A stretch of 64,000 nt of DNA from an uncultured Pelagibacteraceae bacterium (lineage in GTDB: Bacteria > Pseudomonadota > Alphaproteobacteria > Pelagibacterales > Pelagibacteraceae), in contig CACKWM010000005.1 in assembly GCA_902603905.1 (NCBI GenBank), forward strand, positions 817-64,816. Direction: 5' to 3'. Shown here piece after piece: positions 58,149 through 64,000 of this stretch (within the stretch, counting starts at the first letter, position 1; each line of letters opens with the position of its first letter). The notes below the pieces were generated by a model. The model ran no database searches and was not told the DNA's origin. It saw only the letters and a list, made by a program, of their open reading frames with translations. The position numbers and the translations under genes are program-made.

Positions 58149-58946
58149 TTAATTCTCTTTCCCCATAATTTCTTCTTCCATGTTCCAGATCATGGATAAT
58201 ATTTCTTCTCTTTTTAATGAAAATTCTTTGTTTTTTTTAATTTCTCTTAAATCTTCTTTTAAACCCATTTCTGCAAAAGGAAGATTATATTCTTTATGTA
58301 TTCTGCCTGGTCTTGGTGCCATAACATATAGTCTTTCACCAAGTAATAAAGCTTCTTCTACAGAGTGAGTAATTAAAATAATTGTTTTTCCTGTTTCCTT
58401 CCAAATTTTTAAAACTAGAGACTGCATCTTTTCTCTTGTTAATGCATCAAGCGCGCCCAGAGGTTCATCCATAAGAATTAAATCTGGATCATTTATTAAA
58501 CATCTTGCAAGAGCAACTCTTTGCTGCATACCACCAGATAATTGATAAGTTGGTGTATTTCCAAATCCTTGTAACCCAACTATTTCTAACCACTCTTCTA
58601 CTTTTTTTGCCGTAGTTTCAGAGTTTTCTTTTTTCATCCTAAGCCCAAAATTTACATTTTCAGAAACTGTTAACCATTCAAATAGAGCCCCTTGTTGAAA
58701 AACCATACCTCTATCAACTCCTGGTCCATTAATTTCATTATTACCTAAAGATATAATTCCAGACGTTGGCCTGATAAAACCAGCTGCAATATTTAATAAT
58801 GTAGTTTTTCCACAGCCAGAGGGACCTAATACTGTTAAAAGTTCACCTTTTTTAATTGTAAAATTTAAATCTTTTAAAGCATGAACAGTTTCTCCTTTTG
58901 GAGATTTAAAAATCATATTTAGATTTTGAGAAACTAAGTCACTCAT
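58149..58946 (-). CDS. tauB: Taurine/sulfonate ABC ATP-binding protein
   Basis: GPSGCGKT, LSGGMQQR, LMDEPLGALDALTRE.MQ, THSVEEA, PRPGRI. Confidence 0.88.
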   Translation of the reverse strand: MSDLVSQNLNMIFKSPKGETVHALKDLNFTIKKGELLTVLGPSGCGKTTLLNIAAGFIRPTSGIISLGNNEINGPGVDRGMVFQQGALFEWLTVSENVNFGLRMKKENSETTAKKVEEWLEIVGLQGFGNTPTYQLSGGMQQRVALARCLINDPDLILMDEPLGALDALTREKMQSLVLKIWKETGKTIILITHSVEEALLLGERLYVMAPRPGRIHKEYNLPFAEMGLKEDLREIKKNKEFSLKREEILSMIWNMEEEIMGKEN

Positions 58947-58973
58947 AAAATAACTTTATATTAAAATTCTAAT

Positions 58974-59012
58974 AAAAAAAATAGGCACCAATTCAAAAAA
59001 TTGGCGCCTATT
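58974..59012 (-). terminator. Intra-operon intrinsic terminator after tauA
   Basis: Minus strand: AATAGGCGCCAATT-loop-AATTGGTGCCTATT followed by a T tract. Confidence 0.75.
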
Positions 59013-59034
59013 AAATTTTTCTTTCTCTATTTAA

Positions 59035-59976
59035 TTATAGAGGTAAGAAACTAGTGTCTACATTTCCTTTTGGTGTTCCCATTCCATCTAAGAATCCCTT
59101 AAGATTACCACTCTCCATAGATTGTTTAGTTTCTGCTGGAGTTAGAAATTTAAATCCACCAATAGTTTCTTTCATATCTGCTAACTTCATTTCAGCATCT
59201 TTAGCTATAACATTTAAGTCAGATTTACCTGCTGCATATCTAGCATTCGCTTCATGAGTTACTTCTATAAAAGTTCTTAACATTCCTGGATTTTCCTTCA
59301 TAAACTTTGTAGTTACTGAAGTAATGTCTATACCCAAGATACCTGCGTCTCTAGCTTCTTGAACTGTAAGTAATCTAGATCCAACTGCAGTTGCAGCTTT
59401 GATAGAGTTACCACCAAATAAACATGCCATTACAACATCACCGCTAACTAATGCAGCAGCTCCTTCTTCAGGATCCATTTGAATAACGTCCATTTTATTT
59501 CTGTCAGCTCCAACAACTTTCATACTTTCATCAAAAACGTACTCAGCCATTGTTCCTAGTGGAACAGCAACTTTTTTACCTTCTAATTCAGAACCGTTAG
59601 CTTTTGTGATTCCTGAAGCGTTAGAAGTAACACAAGTTGTTCCTCCCATACCGTACTCCATAGCAATATCTACAAGTTTGATTGGTGCTTTAGATTTTAC
59701 AGCATTAATAAATGGTACTAATCCTTGTGAGTAAGAAATATCAATATCTCCTGCTAACATAGCATCAGTCATTGCTCCACCATTAGTGAAGTTTGTCCAT
59801 TTAACTGGAACTCCTAATGCTTTTTCGTACAATCCTTTAACTTTATCTTCTTGGTTAGGAGTTGGCCATTCTAAGAAAAATGCAACTCTAACTTCATTTG
59901 CAGCTGCATTAGCAACTGAAATACTTAAGTTAAGAGCAACAAGACATCCTAGAACAAAACTTATTATTTTTTTCAT
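59035..59976 (-). CDS. tauA: Taurine/sulfonate ABC substrate-binding protein
   Basis: Signal peptide, FLEWPTPN, F..G.AM..AM.AGDIDI.YSQG. Upstream of tauBC, divergent from aminotransferase and ald. Confidence 0.8.
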   Translation of the reverse strand: MKKIISFVLGCLVALNLSISVANAAANEVRVAFFLEWPTPNQEDKVKGLYEKALGVPVKWTNFTNGGAMTDAMLAGDIDISYSQGLVPFINAVKSKAPIKLVDIAMEYGMGGTTCVTSNASGITKANGSELEGKKVAVPLGTMAEYVFDESMKVVGADRNKMDVIQMDPEEGAAALVSGDVVMACLFGGNSIKAATAVGSRLLTVQEARDAGILGIDITSVTTKFMKENPGMLRTFIEVTHEANARYAAGKSDLNVIAKDAEMKLADMKETIGGFKFLTPAETKQSMESGNLKGFLDGMGTPKGNVDTSFLPL

Positions 59977-60157
59977 TTATTCCCCTTTAAATTAATTAAT
60001 TAAAAAGGCATTAAATTTGAATTTTACTCAGATGTAAATGGCTGATTTAATAAACTTATGTAAGCGAAATGCATACAACCTTTAATTGAATGGACAAAAT
60101 ATTACTTTTTTATTAGGTTTTTTTAGTCTACAAACTTTCTTTTAACCAAGGGAAATA

Positions 60158-61504
60158 ATGAGTTCTGAAAAAAGACCATCAGTACCAAATTCACTTAATG
60201 AACATTGGATGCCATTTACATCCAATAAAGATTTTAAAGCAAATCCGAGATTAATTACAGAAGCTAAGGGAGTTTATTTAAAAAATCATCATGGAAAAAC
60301 TCAAATAGATGGAAGTTCAGGATTATTTTGCAATCCCTTAGGCCATGGACGAAGAGAGATTACTGAAGCTGTAACTAAGCAATTAGATACTTTAGATTAC
60401 GCACAACCATTTCAACAAGGCTTTGGTGGCTCGTTTGAACTTGCAACAAAAATTTCAAAACATACACCGGGTGATTTAAATAAAATTTTTTATACTATTT
60501 GCGGATCGACAGCAGTGGAAACTGCAATTAAAATTGCAATAGCATATCATAGAGCAAAAGGTGATAGCAAAAGATTTAGATTTGTTGGTAGAGAAAGAGC
60601 TTACCATGGAATGAATATTGGAGCTACATCAGTGGGTGGAATGATTAACAATGTGAAGGCTTTTGCAAGTGTGTTAATGCCTGGCGTTCTTCATATGAGA
60701 CATACTCATTTACCAGAACACAAGTTTGTAAGCGGTCAACCAGAGACAGGGGCTGAGATTGCGAATGACTTAGAAAGATTTTGTGAAAATTTTGGTGGAG
60801 AAAATATTGCAGCTTGTATTGTTGAGCCTGTTGCTGGATCTACAGGCTGTCTAGTGCCACCAAAAGGTTATTTAGAAAAACTTAGAGAAATTTGTGATAA
60901 ACATGGAATATTATTAATTTTTGATGAAGTAATATGTGGTTGGGGACGTATGGGTTCAGTATTTGCTGCACAAGAATTTGGCGTTGTTCCTGATATGATG
61001 ACAATGGCAAAAGCTACTACGAATGGAGTTGTTCCAATGGGTGTAGTTGCGTGTAAAGATGAAATGTATGATGCAGTTATGGATGCATCACCAATGGGAG
61101 CTGTTGAATTATTTCATGGTTATACTTATTCTGGAATTCCAGTTTCTGTAGCTGCAGCCCTAGCAGTACAAGATATTTTTGAAAAAGACGATATATTTAA
61201 TAGAGTTAAAGAATTAGTACCATATTTTCAAAAAAGTATATTTTCACTTAAAGATCTAGAGTCCGTAGCAAATATTAGAGGACAAGGTTTGATGGCAGGA
61301 ATAGATATGAAATTAAATACTAAACCTGGAAAAGCAGGCTTTGAAACTTTTAAATCTTGTTATGAAGCAGGAGTTAATTTTAAAGCAACAGGTGATTGTT
61401 TAATTATTGCTCCACAATTTATATGTGAGAAAAAACATATTGATGAAATTGTTGATAAAGTGAGAACTGGTATACAAAATTATCAAAAAAATCAAAAAAA
61501 CTAG
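60158..61504 (+). CDS. Class III PLP aminotransferase (omega-amino acid:pyruvate type; candidate taurine/beta-alanine:pyruvate transaminase)
   Basis: WMPFT.N, GS.AVETA.K, RAYHG, EPVAGS.G, FDEVI.G.GR, AK, HGYTYSG. Coupled to ald. Confidence 0.85.
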   Translation: MSSEKRPSVPNSLNEHWMPFTSNKDFKANPRLITEAKGVYLKNHHGKTQIDGSSGLFCNPLGHGRREITEAVTKQLDTLDYAQPFQQGFGGSFELATKISKHTPGDLNKIFYTICGSTAVETAIKIAIAYHRAKGDSKRFRFVGRERAYHGMNIGATSVGGMINNVKAFASVLMPGVLHMRHTHLPEHKFVSGQPETGAEIANDLERFCENFGGENIAACIVEPVAGSTGCLVPPKGYLEKLREICDKHGILLIFDEVICGWGRMGSVFAAQEFGVVPDMMTMAKATTNGVVPMGVVACKDEMYDAVMDASPMGAVELFHGYTYSGIPVSVAAALAVQDIFEKDDIFNRVKELVPYFQKSIFSLKDLESVANIRGQGLMAGIDMKLNTKPGKAGFETFKSCYEAGVNFKATGDCLIIAPQFICEKKHIDEIVDKVRTGIQNYQKNQKN

Positions 61505-61517
61505 TTTTCTAAAAAAT

Positions 61518-62633
61518 ATGAAAATTGGAGTCCCTAAGGAAATTAAACCTCAAGAAAATCGAATAGGCTTAACACCAGAAAGTGTAAAAACTTTAACATC
61601 TGATGGACACAATGTTTTAGTTGAAAATAATGGAGGATTTGAAGCAGGATTTGATAACGATCAATATAAAGCTGCAGGTGCTAAAATAGTAGATAAAGCA
61701 GAAGATATTTTTAATGATGCAGAAATTATTGTTAAAGTAAAAGAACCATTATCCAATGAAGTAAAAATGTTAAGAGAAAATCAAATTATTTTTACTTATC
61801 TACACTTAGCAGCAGAAAAAGAATTAACTCAAGGATTAATTAATTCAAAATCAATCTGTATAGCATATGAAACTGTTACAGATAAAAATGGTAGACTACC
61901 ATTGTTGGCTCCAATGAGTGCAGTTGCAGGAAGAATGTCAGTTCAAGCAGGAGCTCACTGTTTAGAAAAAAATCAAAAAGGTAGAGGATTATTGCTAGGT
62001 GGAGCCCCAGGCGTTGAAGAAGGAACGGTACTAATTTTAGGCGGGGGTGTGGTTGGAGAAAATGCAGCAATTATTGCCACTGGAATGAAAGCAAAAGTTT
62101 ATATTGTAGATAAATCTGAAGTAAGATTAAAACAGTTAACAGATATGTTTGGTGATAAAATTATCCCTGAATTAAGTGAAAAAACTGACCTAAATAAATT
62201 AATTTCTGAATGTGATTTGTTAGTTGGAGGTGTTTTGATACCAGGCGCTGAGGCACCAAAACTGGTTACAAAAAATATGTTAAAAAGTATGAAACGTGGA
62301 TCAGTTATTGTTGATGTGGCAATTGACCAAGGTGGCTGTGTTGAAACAAGTAAAGCAACCACTCATGCAAACCCCACATATATTGTTGATGACGTTGTTC
62401 ATTATTGTGTTGCAAATATGCCTGGTGGAGTTCCAAGAACTTCTACACTTGCTTTAAATAAAGCAACACTTCCTTTTTTAACAAAATTAGCAAAAGATGG
62501 TTATAAAAAATCTTTAAACGATGATGAAAATTTTTTAGCAGGTTTAAATGTTTGTCAAGGAAATGTAACTTATAAGGCAGTTGCTGATGCTTTTGGGCAC
62601 AAATTCATTTCTCCAAAAGAGGTTATAAACTAA
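61518..62633 (+). CDS. ald: Alanine dehydrogenase
   Basis: GVPKEIK..E.R, KVKEP, FTYLHLA, AYETV, GGGVVG, DVAIDQGG, YCVANMPG. Confidence 0.95.
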   Translation: MKIGVPKEIKPQENRIGLTPESVKTLTSDGHNVLVENNGGFEAGFDNDQYKAAGAKIVDKAEDIFNDAEIIVKVKEPLSNEVKMLRENQIIFTYLHLAAEKELTQGLINSKSICIAYETVTDKNGRLPLLAPMSAVAGRMSVQAGAHCLEKNQKGRGLLLGGAPGVEEGTVLILGGGVVGENAAIIATGMKAKVYIVDKSEVRLKQLTDMFGDKIIPELSEKTDLNKLISECDLLVGGVLIPGAEAPKLVTKNMLKSMKRGSVIVDVAIDQGGCVETSKATTHANPTYIVDDVVHYCVANMPGGVPRTSTLALNKATLPFLTKLAKDGYKKSLNDDENFLAGLNVCQGNVTYKAVADAFGHKFISPKEVIN

Positions 62634-62634
62634 A

Positions 62635-63072
62635 ATGTACAGACCCTTACCAAAAGAATTAACCATTAAAAATTCTCCCATTGAAGGATTAGGACTGTAC
62701 GCTAAAGAAGATATTAAAAAAAATACTTTTATTGGCGTAACCCATATTAGAGATGAACAATTTGAAAATAAATATATTAGAACTCCTTTAGGTTTTTACA
62801 ATCACTCTAACGATCCGAATATAATTAGAATGGTATCAGATGTACTGCCAAAATTACAATTTGGTGATCCAGTGGATCCAAAAGTAAATAAAAAACAACT
62901 TGAAGATGGAAAAAATGATAGACAGGACATGTTTTATAATTTGGATGAAAAAAGTGATGCAAAATATATGTTTTTGATAACAGTTAAAGACATCAAAGCA
63001 GACCAAGAATTAACAGCGAACTACAATCTTTATACCTATCCTAAAACAGGAGTAGGATTACAAATGATTTAA
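62635..63072 (+). CDS. SET-domain protein
   Basis: S.IEGLGLYA.EDI, FYNHS.DPN, DIK...ELT.NY SET motifs. Confidence 0.75.
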   Translation: MYRPLPKELTIKNSPIEGLGLYAKEDIKKNTFIGVTHIRDEQFENKYIRTPLGFYNHSNDPNIIRMVSDVLPKLQFGDPVDPKVNKKQLEDGKNDRQDMFYNLDEKSDAKYMFLITVKDIKADQELTANYNLYTYPKTGVGLQMI

Positions 63073-64000
63073 TGAAAAACTTACCAGCTGCCACCAAAGT
63101 TGTCGTTATTGGAGGAGGTGTAGCGGGTTGTTCTGTGGCTTACCACTTAGCAAAATTTGGCTGGAAAGATACAATAATATTAGAAAGAGATCAGTTAACA
63201 TCAGGAACTACTTGGCATGCAGCAGGGCTAGTTAGTCAACTTGGTCCATCTGCTGCAATTACAAAAATAAGAAAATACTCTTTAGAACTTTATAAAAAAC
63301 TTGAAAAGGAAATTGATTTTTCAAGTGGTTTAAAATTAAATGGTGCTTTATCTATAGCTACCACAGAAGGAAGATGGCAGGAACTACAAAGACAAGCAAC
63401 CACAGCTCAATTATACGATGTAAATGTTGAAGTTTTAGACATCGATCAAATTAAAAAAATTTATCCTATTATTAATGATGAAAATATTAAAGGTGGCATC
63501 TTTATGCCTGGAGATGGTCAAGCTGACCCAATAGGAGTAACAAACTTACTAGCAAAAGCAGCAAGAAAAGAAGGTGTAAAAATTTTTGAAAAATCACCAG
63601 TAGATAAAATTATAAAAAAAAATGGAAAAATTAATGGCGTTGTTGTTAATAAACAAATAATAGAATGTGAATATGTAGTTCTTGCAACAGGAATGTGGTC
63701 TAGACAAATCGGTGAAGATATGGGTTTTAGTGTACCTTTATATCCTGCTGAACATTTTTATGTAATCACAGAACCAATGAATGACTTACCTAAAAACATT
63801 CCAGTCTTAAGAGATTTTGATGACAGTTTGTACCTAAAAGAAGATGCTGGAAAAATGTTAATTGGTATTTTTGAAGGCAAATCTATTCCTGCATTTAATA
63901 AAACAAATAGAGTACCAGAAGATTTTTCTTTTGGTGAATTTCCTGAAAATTTTGATCATTTTGAATCTTATTTGTCGGCAGCAATGAAAAGGGTTCCGAT
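63072..64000 (+). CDS. Dimethylglycine/sarcosine dehydrogenase family FAD oxidoreductase (GcvT-fused type), 3' truncated (not in ORF track)
   Basis: ATG overlaps the SET gene stop (TAATG). Translates MKNLPAATKVVVIGGGVAGCSVAYHLAKFGW...LTSGTTWHAAGLV and appears to run to the window end. Confidence 0.88.
   Translation, partial: MKNLPAATKVVVIGGGVAGCSVAYHLAKFGWKDTIILERDQLTSGTTWHAAGLVSQLGPSAAITKIRKYSLELYKKLEKEIDFSSGLKLNGALSIATTEGRWQELQRQATTAQLYDVNVEVLDIDQIKKIYPIINDENIKGGIFMPGDGQADPIGVTNLLAKAARKEGVKIFEKSPVDKIIKKNGKINGVVVNKQIIECEYVVLATGMWSRQIGEDMGFSVPLYPAEHFYVITEPMNDLPKNIPVLRDFDDSLYLKEDAGKMLIGIFEGKSIPAFNKTNRVPEDFSFGEFPENFDHFESYLSAAMKRVP

Noticed and set aside
60041-60080. GCTGATTTAA...TATGTAAGC...TGCATA resembles the 5' part of a SAM-II/SAM-V riboswitch
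   Set aside because: The 3' GCUAAA/ACUAAA pseudoknot strand is missing and the downstream gene is not a SAM/Met gene. An Infernal scan would settle it.
2027-62362. Many short antisense or alternate-frame ORFs in the track (e.g. 2027..2320, 18745..19164, 35426..35728, 52797..53150)
   Set aside because: They lie wholly or almost wholly within well-supported genes and have no motifs, so they are shadow ORFs.
1-64000. CRISPR arrays, tRNA/rRNA genes, integrases, transposases, defence systems
   Set aside because: Intergenic gaps are nearly all under 200 nt with no repeat-spacer pattern or cloverleaf, and no ORF carries such motifs.

Overview
Gene-dense, very AT-rich bacterial chromosome segment. 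Short or overlapping intergenic spacers, Lys/Ile/Asn-rich proteins and gene content point to a streamlined marine alphaproteobacterium, most likely SAR11/Pelagibacterales (inference, no search run). About 70 CDS fall into metabolic modules. (i) 1-18 kb: methylated-amine/C1 oxidation (ProW/TmoV-like permease, tmm, Fe-ADH, fhs, a sarcosine-oxidase/N-methylglutamate-dehydrogenase tetramer), plus glpK-gpsA and gshAB. (ii) 18-29 kb: a form II CoxSLM-type molybdoenzyme with coxG, split xdhC, mocA and moaABCDE. (iii) 29-42 kb: Fe/2OG dioxygenases, an aldehyde dehydrogenase, metF, mmsB, transporters and small proteins. (iv) 42-47 kb: a thiol/sulfur cluster (ETHE1-like persulfide dioxygenase, cysE, cysK, Prx6). 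(v) 50-64 kb: sulfonate/taurine catabolism (hpsN, pta, dhaKL, Ldh_2, tauABC, aminotransferase, ald). No rRNA, tRNA, CRISPR array or mobile element was seen. The best novelty candidate is absent from the ORF track: a 39-codon ORF with 11 Cys (44572..44691, -), apparently leaderless, lying between the persulfide dioxygenase and cysE-cysK. It could be a new metallothionein-like peptide, a cysteine-sensing leader peptide, or both. Other leads are a tandem SMR pair lacking the essential Glu14, a TauC with a very large N-terminal domain, an epoxide hydrolase splitting dhaK/dhaL, and a C-rich stem-loop sRNA candidate.
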